The notes beneath the pieces are model-generated. The model saw only the letters and a program-made list of their open reading frames with translations. It was not told where the DNA came from and made no database searches. The translations under genes were made by a program, and so were the position numbers. This document shows positions 50,952 through 61,297 of a stretch of DNA of 64,000 nucleotides, piece after piece (the first letter of the stretch is position 1; each line of letters opens with the position of its first letter). Origin of the DNA: an uncultured Gemmatimonadales bacterium (lineage in GTDB: Bacteria > Gemmatimonadota > Gemmatimonadetes > Longimicrobiales > Longimicrobiaceae); the NCBI GenBank assembly GCA_963716255.1, contig OY970303.1, forward strand, positions 768,001-832,000, written 5' to 3'.

Positions 50952-51811
50952 CCCTGTCCTCCCCCGTCCCCGGTCCCCAGGAGCCGCGCCGCCACCGACG
51001 AGGCGCGCGCCGCGATCCGCAGCGCCCAGCCGGTGGGCACCTCGCGGCTGGCGGCCAGCGCCAGCATGGCGTCGTCGGCCGCGGGCGCGATGCGGACGGT
51101 CGTCTCCGGCGTCTCCACCAGCATCCCCCGCCACGTCCCCAGCCCCAGGTGCCGCAGCGCCCGCTCCGCCTCGGCGGAGGCGCCGTGCAGCGCAGCCGCC
51201 ACCTCCGGCGCGCGGTCGACGCCCTCCGCGCGCATCTCCCCCGCGACCACGAAGCCCTGCGCGTCCATCAGCAGCGCGCCCAGGATGCCACGCTCCGCGG
51301 TGAGCGAGCGGAACTCCGCCTGCGCGGCGTCCCACGGCGCCGGGGCGGGCGCGGGCGGAGCGGCGGGCCCGGCGGGCGGCGGGCTCGGCGCCGGCGGCTC
51401 CCCGGACTGCGCCCGGGAGCGGGCGAGCGCGTCCCGGACGTCCTCGTCGGCGGGATTGGCGGCGGCGGCGCGCTCCAGGTGGCGCAGGGCGCTCCCCCAC
51501 TCGCCGCGCTCGGCGCACACCAGCCCGATCTCGCGGCGGGCGCCGGCGTGCTCGGGGTCCAGGCTGAGCGCCATGTCCCACTCGTCGAAGGCCTTGACCG
51601 GCTCGCCGCCCTCGCGGTACAGCAGCCCCAGGAGGTAGTGCGCCTCCACGTTCGTGGGGTTGCGCTCCAGCCCCCGCAGGCACAGCCGCAGCGCGGCGTC
51701 GCGGCGCCCCGCCTGGCGGTACGCCTCGGCGAGCGGGAGAAAGGCGAGCGTCCCCGGGTCCCGGGCGACCTCCTCGCTCCAGGCGCGGATCTGCGCGGGG
51801 GTGGCGCTCAT
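50948..51811 (-). CDS. TPR plus Roadblock/LC7 fusion protein
   Basis: DP...AF.PLAE.YR TPRs, Pro-rich linker, GILGALLMDAQGFVV Roadblock. Confidence 0.85.
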   Translation of the reverse strand: MSATPAQIRAWSEEVARDPGTLAFLPLAEAYRQAGRRDAALRLCLRGLERNPTNVEAHYLLGLLYREGGEPVKAFDEWDMALSLDPEHAGARREIGLVCAERGEWGSALRHLERAAAANPADEDVRDALARSRAQSGEPPAPSPPPAGPAAPPAPAPAPWDAAQAEFRSLTAERGILGALLMDAQGFVVAGEMRAEGVDRAPEVAAALHGASAEAERALRHLGLGTWRGMLVETPETTVRIAPAADDAMLALAASREVPTGWALRIAARASSVAARLLGTGDGGGQG

Positions 51812-52950
51812 CCGCCCTCCTCGTCCAGCACGGCCCGCAGCGAGGCCGCCGCCTTTCGCGCCCGCTCCGCGGTGGAGCGGCGCGCGGGATCGGCCTCGGC
51901 GAGGCGCAGGTAGGTGCCCCACGCCTCCCCGGCGCGCTCCAGGTTGCCGGTGCGCGCCGCCGCGAAGCCCAGGTGGAAGTGCGCCGCGGGGAGGAGCGGG
52001 TCCAGCGAGATCACCCGGTCCAGCGCCAGGCAGGCCTCGGTCCAGCGCCCGGCGGCGGCGTGCGCCCTCGCCAGCAGCGCGTGCACCTCGGGGCGGTCGG
52101 GGTAGCCGCGCGCCAGGTCGCCCAGCACGCGAAGGGCGCGCGAGGGATTGCCCTCGCGAAGCGCGGCGTGGCCGGCGGCCAGCCCCTCGAAGAGGGTGGC
52201 GTCGCCGGGCGCCTCCGCCACGGCCACCGGCGACGGCTCCTCCGCGATGTCCACCACGCCGGTGGAGACCAGCCCGTAGACGATCTTGGCGACGTCGAAG
52301 TCGCTGCGCCCCAGGTCCGAGGCGATCTCCTTGAGCGGGCGCACCCCGTCGATCTCGGCGAGCACCTCCCACTCGCTGGGGTGCAGGTCGAGCACCCCCT
52401 CGTCCGCGCCCTCGCCGGTGAGCGCGGGGACCACCGCCATGTGCGGGATCTTCGCCTCCAGCGTGCTCCACTCGTCGATGCGCCGCGCCGCCTCCATCAG
52501 CAGCGACTCGGTGGGGACGCGCACCGCCACGCCGCCGGGCTCCGCGGGCGCGGACTCCTCGAAGCGGAAGTAGCCGTCCTTCCACTGGATCAGGTCGAAG
52601 ACGATCTCCTCGATCTGGAAGCGGAGCTGCCGCTTGAGGTCCGTCTCGGAGACGGCGCCCATCTCCACCAGGATGGTGCCGATGCGCCGGCTGGTATCCT
52701 GCCGCTGCAGCTGCACCGCGCGGTTCACCTGCGCCTCGGTGACCTTGCCGGCCATGAGCAGCAGGCGGTCGATGCGCCCCGTGCTCCCCGCCAGCTCGGC
52801 GCCCACCACGGCGCCCCGCTCGAAGCGGATCGAGGCCCGGCGCCCGGCGGCGTCGCCGGTGACGGTGAGCAGCCCCGTCTTCCGCGACAGGTCCAGGAGC
52901 TGGAAGACGTCGCTGAGCGCCAGCTCGCGGATCGGTCCCTCGATCGCCAT
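51808..52950 (-). CDS. DUF4388 plus TPR protein
   Basis: MAIEGPIRELALSDVFQLLDLSRKTG, WKDGYFRF, LMEAARRIDEW; paralog of 45848-47467. Confidence 0.88.
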   Translation of the reverse strand: MAIEGPIRELALSDVFQLLDLSRKTGLLTVTGDAAGRRASIRFERGAVVGAELAGSTGRIDRLLLMAGKVTEAQVNRAVQLQRQDTSRRIGTILVEMGAVSETDLKRQLRFQIEEIVFDLIQWKDGYFRFEESAPAEPGGVAVRVPTESLLMEAARRIDEWSTLEAKIPHMAVVPALTGEGADEGVLDLHPSEWEVLAEIDGVRPLKEIASDLGRSDFDVAKIVYGLVSTGVVDIAEEPSPVAVAEAPGDATLFEGLAAGHAALREGNPSRALRVLGDLARGYPDRPEVHALLARAHAAAGRWTEACLALDRVISLDPLLPAAHFHLGFAAARTGNLERAGEAWGTYLRLAEADPARRSTAERARKAAASLRAVLDEEGG

Positions 52951-52957
52951 GGCGCCG

Positions 52958-55711
52958 TCAGGCCGGCTGGAGGGCGGCGTCGCCCGTGCGGAAGATGCGC
53001 GCGAACTCCATCGCCGCGGCCACGTTCTCCCTCGCGCGCGCCGCCAGCTCGCCGTCCGGGTCCGCGTCGATGGTGTCGCGCCAGTGGCCGATGGCGTCGC
53101 GGAAGCGGCGCTCCTCCCCGGCGACGACGCCCAGGTAGAAGGAGGCCCCCGCGTGCCGCGGGTCGAAGCGCAGCACGCGGCGGAAGGCCTGCCGCGCGTC
53201 GTCGCGGCGCCCCTCGTCCAGCAGCACCCGGCCCAGCAGGATCAGCGCGTCGAAGTGGTACGGGTCGTCGGCCAGCAGCTCCACCAGCGCGCCGACGGCC
53301 TCGCCCGTGCGCCCCGCGCGCCACTCGGCCCGCGCGAGGAGCTGCAGGGCGTCGGGGTAAGTGGGGAGCAGGTCCAGCGCGGCGCGCGCCTCGGCGGCGG
53401 CCTCCGCGGGGCGGTCGGTGTCCAGCAGCAGGCGCCCCAGCTCCAGGCGCGCGCCCACGAACTCGGGGTCCAGGCGCACCGCCTCGCGCAGCGCGGCCTC
53501 GGCCTCGGCGCGGCGCCCGGCCAGCGCTTCCGCGCGCCCCAGCGAGCGCAGCGTCGCCGGGTCCGCCGGGTCCAGCGCCCGCACCCGCGCGAACACGTCC
53601 GCGGCGGCCCCGCCCTCGCCGCCGCGCAGAAGCGTCTCGCCCAGCACGCGCAGGTTGGCCGCGTCGTCGGGGGTGTGCGCGCGGGTGGCCTCCGCGGCGG
53701 AGCGCGCCTCGTCCAGCCGCCCCAGCTGGAGCAGCGCCCGCGCGCGCCCCACGGCGGCGCGCCGGTGGGCGGGGGACCACTGCGCGTCGTCCAGCCGCGC
53801 CAGCGCCGCGTCGAAGCGCTCCAGCGCCTCGCCGTCCAGCCCCTGCCGCAGGAACGTTTCCGCGGTGAGCAGCGCCGCCTCCACCGGGTCGCCGCCGGCC
53901 AGCGCGGCGCGGCGGATCTCGGCGAGGGCGCGCTCCAGCAGCCCCTTGGACAGGTAGTCCCCGGCCAGCGCGAAGGCGTCCGCCGGCGGAATCGCGGCGG
54001 GCGTCTCCGGCTCCGCCCTGGGCGCGATCTCGCCGAACAGGGCGTCCAGCGCGCCCGCGTCGAAGGTGAAGCTCGCCACCCCCTCCTCCTCGCCGGACAC
54101 GCGCTCGGCGGCGTCCAGGTCGGGGGCGGGGATCTCCGCGTACTCGAACTGCAGCTCGATGGCGAGCCGGTAGCGCGGGGTGGTGTAGTACGGGTTCAGC
54201 TCCAGCGCGCGCTTGGTCTCGCGCAGCGCGCCCTCGAAGTCGCCCAGGTTGGACAGGACGAAGCTGAGGTTGTAGCGCGCCTCCGCCGAATCGGGGTCGG
54301 CCTCCACCGCCCGCGCGAAGGCGTTGCGCGCCTCGTCGTAGCGGCGCGACTCCATCAGCACCGAGCCCACCCCGTTCCATGCCGCCGCCGAGGCGGGGTC
54401 GGCGTCCAGCCCGCCGCGGAAGGCGTCCAGCGCCTCGCGGTGGCGGCCGCGCCGCAGGTACATCAGCCCGCGGTTGCACCAGGCCTCGGTGAACGCAGCG
54501 CGCAGCCGCACCGCCTCGGCGAAGGAGCGCTCGGCCCCCTCCGGGTCGGCGCGGTGGGTGCGGGCCACGCCCAGGTTGTTCCAGGCCAGCGCGTACGCCG
54601 GGTCGGTCTCGATGGCGCGGCGGTAGCTGTCCTCCGCGCCCGCGACGTCGCCGGTCTGGTGGAGGCACACGCCCCGCTCGTTCCACAGCTTGGGGCTCCC
54701 CTCGTCCTCGGCCAGCAGCCGGTCGTACAGGTCCAGCGCCGGCCCCGTCTTCCCCTGGAGGAGGTGCACCTCCGCCATCCCCTGACGCACCAGCCCCGCG
54801 TCCTCGCCCCCGGAGAGCGCCCGGTCGAACTCGCGCAGCGCCTCGTCGTACAGCCCCTTCTGGCGGAAGGCGACGCCCAGGTTGTAGTGGGCCAGGAACT
54901 CCCCGGTGGCGATCTCCGGGCGGCGCACTCGCTCCCCCACCAGCTCGCGGTAGCGGGCGGTGCTGTAGCGGTCCAGGCTGAGGTTGGTCTGCGCCTTCGC
55001 CAGCTGCGGGTTGAGCTGCATGGCGCGGCGGGACGAGGCCGAGGCCTTTTCCATCTCGCCCAGGTCGCCCCACACGAAGGCGAGCACGTGGTGCGCGTCC
55101 GCCAGCTCCGGGTGCAGCTCGATGGCGCGCACCAGCTCGCGGCGCGCCTCCTCGTTGAGCCCCCGGTTGTAGTACAGCTCCCCCTGGTAGAAGTGGAGCA
55201 CGGCGCTGTCCGGGTCCAGCTCCAGCGCGCGCCGGAACCACTCCATCGCCGCCTCGAAGCTCCCCCCCGCCTTTTCCGCCTGCCCCAGCCGGATCAGCGT
55301 TTCCAGGTCGTCGGGGACGTGCCCGAGCAGGCGCCGCAGCTCCGCCACGGCGCCGGCGCTGTCGCCGGTGTGCAGGTACGCCTGGGCCAGGCGGGTGCGC
55401 GCGTCGGCGTCGGCCGGGTCCTCGCGCAGCCGCTCGCGCAGCTCCGCGATCATCCGGTCGTAGTAGCCGGTGGCGAAGTAGGCGATCTCCAGGTTGCGCT
55501 GCGCCACCTGCATCTTGGGGTCGATCTCCAGCGCGCGCTGGAACTGCGAGATCGCCTCCTCGTACAGCCCCTTGTTGAAGTACAGCACCCCCAGGTTGTT
55601 GTGCGCGCCCGCATCCGCCGCGTCGATCCGCTGGGCGAAGCCGCGGAGGATGCGGAGGTCGCGCTCCGAGCGCGGGGCGCGTGCCTGGGCGTTGGGGGCG
55701 AGCTCCTGCAC
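52958..55711 (-). CDS. Large cytoplasmic TPR protein
   Basis: About 20 TPR units (AHNNLGVLY, AHYNLGVAF, AWNNLG); no signal peptide. Confidence 0.9.
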   Translation of the reverse strand: MQELAPNAQARAPRSERDLRILRGFAQRIDAADAGAHNNLGVLYFNKGLYEEAISQFQRALEIDPKMQVAQRNLEIAYFATGYYDRMIAELRERLREDPADADARTRLAQAYLHTGDSAGAVAELRRLLGHVPDDLETLIRLGQAEKAGGSFEAAMEWFRRALELDPDSAVLHFYQGELYYNRGLNEEARRELVRAIELHPELADAHHVLAFVWGDLGEMEKASASSRRAMQLNPQLAKAQTNLSLDRYSTARYRELVGERVRRPEIATGEFLAHYNLGVAFRQKGLYDEALREFDRALSGGEDAGLVRQGMAEVHLLQGKTGPALDLYDRLLAEDEGSPKLWNERGVCLHQTGDVAGAEDSYRRAIETDPAYALAWNNLGVARTHRADPEGAERSFAEAVRLRAAFTEAWCNRGLMYLRRGRHREALDAFRGGLDADPASAAAWNGVGSVLMESRRYDEARNAFARAVEADPDSAEARYNLSFVLSNLGDFEGALRETKRALELNPYYTTPRYRLAIELQFEYAEIPAPDLDAAERVSGEEEGVASFTFDAGALDALFGEIAPRAEPETPAAIPPADAFALAGDYLSKGLLERALAEIRRAALAGGDPVEAALLTAETFLRQGLDGEALERFDAALARLDDAQWSPAHRRAAVGRARALLQLGRLDEARSAAEATRAHTPDDAANLRVLGETLLRGGEGGAAADVFARVRALDPADPATLRSLGRAEALAGRRAEAEAALREAVRLDPEFVGARLELGRLLLDTDRPAEAAAEARAALDLLPTYPDALQLLARAEWRAGRTGEAVGALVELLADDPYHFDALILLGRVLLDEGRRDDARQAFRRVLRFDPRHAGASFYLGVVAGEERRFRDAIGHWRDTIDADPDGELAARARENVAAAMEFARIFRTGDAALQPA

Positions 55712-55712
55712 G

Positions 55713-56330
55713 TCAGGCCAGGCGGATGTGCTCGAGGATGATCTGCAGCGACTCCACGTCGGGGAGGAGTAGGAAGTGCCCCTGCACCGAGGTCTCTTCC
55801 TCCATCTTGAACTCCGTCTGGATGCAGAAGACGTAGTCGCGCTCGTGCCCGAAGTTGGTGTACGCCGTGGTGAGCACCGCGCCCGCCAGGTCGATGACCA
55901 GCGACGGCACCGAGGGAAGCAGCATCATCCCCATGAAGTCGGAGAGCGCGTTCATGTACGCCGCCGACAGGATGTTGCCCGCCTCCTTGATGGCCGACTG
56001 CTCCAGCTCGCCGAAGACGTGCGAGTTGCCCGGGGGCCGGTGCAGCAGGATCTCGGACAGGCGCATGGCCGAGGTGCGCGGAAAGATCAGCAGCGTGCGC
56101 CCGGTGAGGTCGCCCAGCATGTGCATGAGCACCGCCGCCACCACCTCCTCGGAGCCGCTCAGCAGCTCGGGGACGTCCTCCAGCGGCGCCACCTGCAGCT
56201 GCGGCACGGTGATCATGATCCGGCTCTTCGTCATCTGCGAGAGCGCGGTCGCGGCGTGCCCCGCGCCCATGTTCGCCACCTCGCGCAGCGCGTCGAGCTG
56301 AATGGCCTCAAGGTCTCGGATGTCGATCAT
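55713..56330 (-). CDS. cheC: CheY-P phosphatase CheC
   Basis: DALREVANMGAGHAATALS and SAIKEAGNIL (two ExxN motifs), PSVP. Confidence 0.95.
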   Translation of the reverse strand: MIDIRDLEAIQLDALREVANMGAGHAATALSQMTKSRIMITVPQLQVAPLEDVPELLSGSEEVVAAVLMHMLGDLTGRTLLIFPRTSAMRLSEILLHRPPGNSHVFGELEQSAIKEAGNILSAAYMNALSDFMGMMLLPSVPSLVIDLAGAVLTTAYTNFGHERDYVFCIQTEFKMEEETSVQGHFLLLPDVESLQIILEHIRLA

Positions 56331-56367
56331 CGGTGGGCCCGGTCTCTGTGCGTAGGTTGCGGCGCGC

Positions 56368-58326
56368 TCAGGCGGCGGCCACGGCTTCGGCGCGGCCCTC
56401 GCGGGCGAGGATGCTCCCCACGTCGAGGATCAGCGCCGGACGTCCGTCGCTGAGGATGGTCGCCCCGGAAAAGAGGCGCAGCGTGGCGACGGTGGCGTCG
56501 AACGACTTGACGACGATCTCCTGCTGGCCGGCGAGCCCATCCACCTCCACCCCCACCCGGTGCTCGCCGGCCTCCAGCACCACCGCCATGCGGCGCCCGT
56601 CCGCCGGCGCCTCCTCCGCGTGCCGCAGCATGCCGCGCAGCGACAGCAGCGGGATCACCTCGTCGCGGAGCACGGCCACGGTGCGCCCCTTCACGGAGCG
56701 CACGTCGGCCTCGGGGATCTCCACCGTCTCGCCCACGTGGGTGATGGGGAGCGCGTAGGTCTCCCCGCCCAGCTTCACCAGCAGCGCCCGCACGATGGCG
56801 AGCGTCAGCGGCATGCGCAGGGTGAACACGGTCCCCCGCCCCGGCGTGCTCTCGATCTCCAGCGTGCCGCCCAGGGCGCGCACCCGGGTCGCCACCACGT
56901 CCAGCCCCACCCCGCGGCCGGACACGTCGGTGACCCGTTCCGCGGTGGAGAAGCCCGCCCGCGTCAGCAGCCGGAACACCTCGTCGTCGGGGAGCGCGTG
57001 CGCCGCCTCCGCGGGGACCAGCCCGGCGGAGACCGCCTTGGCCAGCACCCGCTCGCGGGAGATGCCGCGCCCGTCGTCCTCCACGCGGATCAGCACCTGG
57101 GAGCGCTCGCGCGCCGCCAGCAGGTGCAGCGTCCCCGTCTCGGGCTTGCCCGCCGCGCGCCGCTCCCCCGGAGACTCGATGCCGTGGTCCAGCGAGTTGC
57201 GCAGCAGGTGCACGATGGGGTCGCCGATCTCGTCCAGCATGGAGCGGTCGAACTCGATCTCCTTGCCCTCGATCACGAACTCCACCTGCTTCCCCAGCGC
57301 CCGCGCCGCGTCGCGCACCAGGCGCGGGAAGCGGTCGAACACCTGGCCCACGGGGACCATGCGCGCCTGCATGATCTCGTCCTGCAGCTCGGAGATCAGC
57401 CGCGCCGCCTGGTCCACCGTTTCCTCCAGCTCCGGCTCGTCCCTGACCGCCGCCAGCTTCTGCAGGCGGTCGCGGATGATGACCAGCTCGCCGATCTGGT
57501 TCATCAGCGCGTCCAGCCGCCGCAGGTCCACCCGGATGTTGCGCGCCCGGGCCGTGGCGGGCGCCGCGGCGGCGATCTCGGGGACGGCCCCGGGAGCGGG
57601 CTCCGGAGCGCCGGCGCCGGGGGCGGACTCCGCCACCTCCACCCGCTCGATCTCCCCCGCCGCGCGCAGCGCCGCCTCCACCTCCGCGGCGGGCCGCTCC
57701 GTGCGCAGCAGGAACTCCAGCACGCCGCGGAACTCCGGCCCCTGGAGCAGCGTCTCGTCCGGCGCGACGCCGCCCACCTCGCCCATCCCCCTGGCCAGGC
57801 GCAGCGCCATGAAGGCGCGCACCCCCGGGAGCGGCGAGTCGTGCGCCACCACCACCCGCACCCGCAGCGCCCCGTCCGCCGCGGCGCCGGCGCCGTTCGC
57901 CCCCGGGGAAGCGGCGGACGCCTCCGCCTCCTCCGCGGGGGCCGCGTCGCCCAGCACCCCGCGGAGCCGCGCGATCACCGGCGCAAGGTCGGGCTCCGCG
58001 CCGTCGTCCTCCGCGACCGCCGCCTCGATGGCGCGCTCCAGCGCGTCCGCGCCCTCGAAGAGCAGGTCCACCAGGTCGCCGTCCACCGAGCGCCCGCCGT
58101 GGCGCACCCGGTCCAGGAGGTCCTCCAGGGCGTGCGCCAGGTCGGCGACGCCGCGGTACCCCATGGTCGCCGACATCCCCTTGATGGTGTGCACGGCGCG
58201 GAAGACCCCCTCCACGGGCTCGCGCGAGCCGGGGCTCGCCTCCAGCGCCAGGAGGAGGTCGTTGATCGCCGAGACGTGCTCGCGCGACTCGGACAGGAAC
58301 AGCTCGCCGTACTGGGACAGTTCCAT
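56368..58326 (-). CDS. cheA: Chemotaxis histidine kinase CheA
   Basis: HPt FRAVHTIKG, P2, IRVD..RLD.LMN, HLLRNSLDHGIE, DDGRG, GRGVGLDVV, CheW-like P5. Confidence 0.97.
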   Translation of the reverse strand: MELSQYGELFLSESREHVSAINDLLLALEASPGSREPVEGVFRAVHTIKGMSATMGYRGVADLAHALEDLLDRVRHGGRSVDGDLVDLLFEGADALERAIEAAVAEDDGAEPDLAPVIARLRGVLGDAAPAEEAEASAASPGANGAGAAADGALRVRVVVAHDSPLPGVRAFMALRLARGMGEVGGVAPDETLLQGPEFRGVLEFLLRTERPAAEVEAALRAAGEIERVEVAESAPGAGAPEPAPGAVPEIAAAAPATARARNIRVDLRRLDALMNQIGELVIIRDRLQKLAAVRDEPELEETVDQAARLISELQDEIMQARMVPVGQVFDRFPRLVRDAARALGKQVEFVIEGKEIEFDRSMLDEIGDPIVHLLRNSLDHGIESPGERRAAGKPETGTLHLLAARERSQVLIRVEDDGRGISRERVLAKAVSAGLVPAEAAHALPDDEVFRLLTRAGFSTAERVTDVSGRGVGLDVVATRVRALGGTLEIESTPGRGTVFTLRMPLTLAIVRALLVKLGGETYALPITHVGETVEIPEADVRSVKGRTVAVLRDEVIPLLSLRGMLRHAEEAPADGRRMAVVLEAGEHRVGVEVDGLAGQQEIVVKSFDATVATLRLFSGATILSDGRPALILDVGSILAREGRAEAVAAA

Positions 58327-58341
58327 GGAGGACAACGAGGA

Positions 58342-58425
58342 AGGTTACAGGTTACAGGAGACAGGTTACAGCCAACCAGGGAGACAGCAGCTGAAGGCTG
58401 TCCCCTGTAACCTGTTCCCTGTCCC
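58342..58425. repeat. Inverted heptamer tandem arrays between cheY and cheA
   Basis: aggttac-aggttac-aggagac-aggttac facing tgtcccc-tgtaacc-tgttccc-tgtcccc. Confidence 0.7.
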
Positions 58426-58788
58426 CTATCCCAGCACGCGCTGGACGGCTTCGAGGACGCGCGAAGGCTGGAACGGCTTCACCACGAAGTCGCGCGCGCC
58501 GGCCTGGATCGCCTCGATCACCAGCGCCTGCTGCCCCATGGCGCTGCACATGAGGACCTTGGCGCCCGGGTCTTCCTTGACGATCTCGCGGACGGCGTCG
58601 ATCCCGCCCATGTCGGGCATGACGATGTCCATGGTCACCAGGTCCGGCTTGAGGGTGCGGTACTTTTCCACCGCCTGCAGCCCCGTCTCCGCCTCGCCCA
58701 CGATCTGGAAGCCGGCCTGCGTCAGGATGTCGCCGATCATGGTGCGCATGAAGATCGCGTCATCGCAGATCAACACGGTCTGAGCCAT
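58426..58788 (-). CDS. cheY: Response regulator CheY
   Basis: CDDAIFMR, TMDIVMP, CSAMGQ, FVVKPF (Bacillus/Thermotoga-type CheY). Confidence 0.95.
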   Translation of the reverse strand: MAQTVLICDDAIFMRTMIGDILTQAGFQIVGEAETGLQAVEKYRTLKPDLVTMDIVMPDMGGIDAVREIVKEDPGAKVLMCSAMGQQALVIEAIQAGARDFVVKPFQPSRVLEAVQRVLG

Positions 58789-58829
58789 CAATCCTCCAGT
58801 GGAAGAGGTGTGAGCGGAAGTGGAATGCG

Positions 58830-59318
58830 CTACGCGAGGATGGGACGGAAGATCTCGTCCGGGTCCACGGCGACGAAGATGCGGTCGTCCGTCTCCCCCA
58901 CCCCCAGCAGGTAGGACCGGTCGATGCGGAGCGAGCGGAGCAGGTCGGCGCCCATCTCCAGGTTGTCCAGGTCGGCGCGGACGATGCGCGACACCTCCCG
59001 CACCGCCAGCCCCACCAGCCGCCCGCCGTGCTCCAGCACCACGATGCTGTGGTCGGGGTCGGCGGAGGCCGCCGGCAGCTCCAGCCGCGCGCCCAGGTCG
59101 ATCACCGTGACGATGCGCCCGCGCAGGTTGATCAGCCCGCACACGTACGGCTCGCTCCCCGGGAGCGGCGTGTACGGCCGCGGCGGGATGATCTCGCGGA
59201 TGGAGCGGATCGCGACGCCGAACCAGTGCTCCGCCACGCCGAGCAGGACGATGCGCTCCGCGGACGCTTCCGCGGCGAACAGGTCATCCACGTCGTGTGT
59301 GGTCTGGAGGTCGTGCAT
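58830..59318 (-). CDS. cheW: Chemotaxis adaptor CheW
   Basis: IREII, PLPGS..YVCGLINLRGRIVTVIDL. Confidence 0.92.
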   Translation of the reverse strand: MHDLQTTHDVDDLFAAEASAERIVLLGVAEHWFGVAIRSIREIIPPRPYTPLPGSEPYVCGLINLRGRIVTVIDLGARLELPAASADPDHSIVVLEHGGRLVGLAVREVSRIVRADLDNLEMGADLLRSLRIDRSYLLGVGETDDRIFVAVDPDEIFRPILA

Positions 59319-59379
59319 CACGGCCGGGAGGGAACGTCGTCGTGGGAGGTGAAGCGAAAGTATAGCGGGCACCCCCGCG

Positions 59380-60340
<961 letters not shown>

Positions 60341-60351
<11 letters not shown>

Positions 60352-60901
60352 CCTTTTCCCGGGCCGCCTGCACGTCCTCGCGCCACAGGGAGATCGCCAG
60401 CAGGATGGCCCCGCAGGTCACCGCGATGTCCGCCACGTTGAACACCGGCCAGCGCACCTCGCCCAGGCCGAAGTCCAGGAAGTCCACCACGCCCTGGTGC
60501 GAGCGGACGCGGTCGATCAGGTTGCCGATTGCCCCCGCCGTCACCGAGGCCAGCGCCAGGAGCCGGGAGCGGTCGGTGCGCGGCGTGGAGCGGTACCACA
60601 AAAAGAGCCCGATGATCGCCAGGACCGTGAGCCCGGTGAAGATCCAGCGGGAATTCTCGCCCAGGTGCAGCCCGAACGCCGCCCCGCGGTTGAAGATGTA
60701 GGTGAGGCGGAAGAAGTCGCCCAGCACCGGCACCGGGTCGTAGAGCCGGAGCGTGCGCTGCACGACCGCCTTGGTGACGATGTCCAGCAGCACGACGCCG
60801 CCCACGACGCCAAGGTACATGCCGAGCTTTCCCTGCATGCTGGGCTCGTTCAGGATCGTGGGCGGGGTCTCGGTTTTCTCCGTCAACGTGCTGCTCTCCA
60901 T
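60341..60901 (-). CDS. lspA: Lipoprotein signal peptidase II
   Basis: N.GAAFG, GAIGNLIDR, VVDFL, WPVFNVAD. Confidence 0.96.
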
Positions 60902-60936
60902 GTTGTGCGATCTCGTTTGACTGTCGCTCGTAGTTT

Positions 60937-61066
60937 GGGGCCGCTCCGGAACCAGGCCAAACAGCCGGCCTGTTTCCTACGCGGGTCGCGGAGCCACCGG
61001 AAACTGCCCCGGTGTCTCCGCTCCGGCTCCGTGAGCCCCGCCAAACTGCCGGCGGGTCTCCCTCCG
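60937..61066 (+). repeat. Triple-hairpin intergenic repeat (family B), copy 2
   Basis: GGGGCCGCTCCGGA then three stems with loops AAACAGCC, AAACTGCC, AAACTGCC. Confidence 0.75.
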
Positions 61067-61102
61067 CAACAGCATGTGGGAACTGCGGGGAACGGCAACG
61101 GC

Positions 61103-61224
61103 GGCCCCCACCCGGCTCGCCTTGGGCTCGCCACCCTCCCCCAATTCTGGGGGAGGGCTTCCCGTGTCCCAGCCCTGTCGTTCTCCCCCTCTCCCCTTGC
61201 GGGGAGGGGCCGGGGGAGGGGGTC
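61103..61224. repeat. REP-like palindrome cluster (family C)
   Basis: ccccacccggctcgc..gctcgccaccctcccccaattctgggggagggcttcc nearly identical to 28551-28608. Confidence 0.8.
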
Positions 61225-61297
61225 GCCGTCGTAGTTGCAGGCTGTTCCCTGTGGCGCTTCACGCTTCGCGTGAACCGATGAACCCTGTTCCCTGCCG

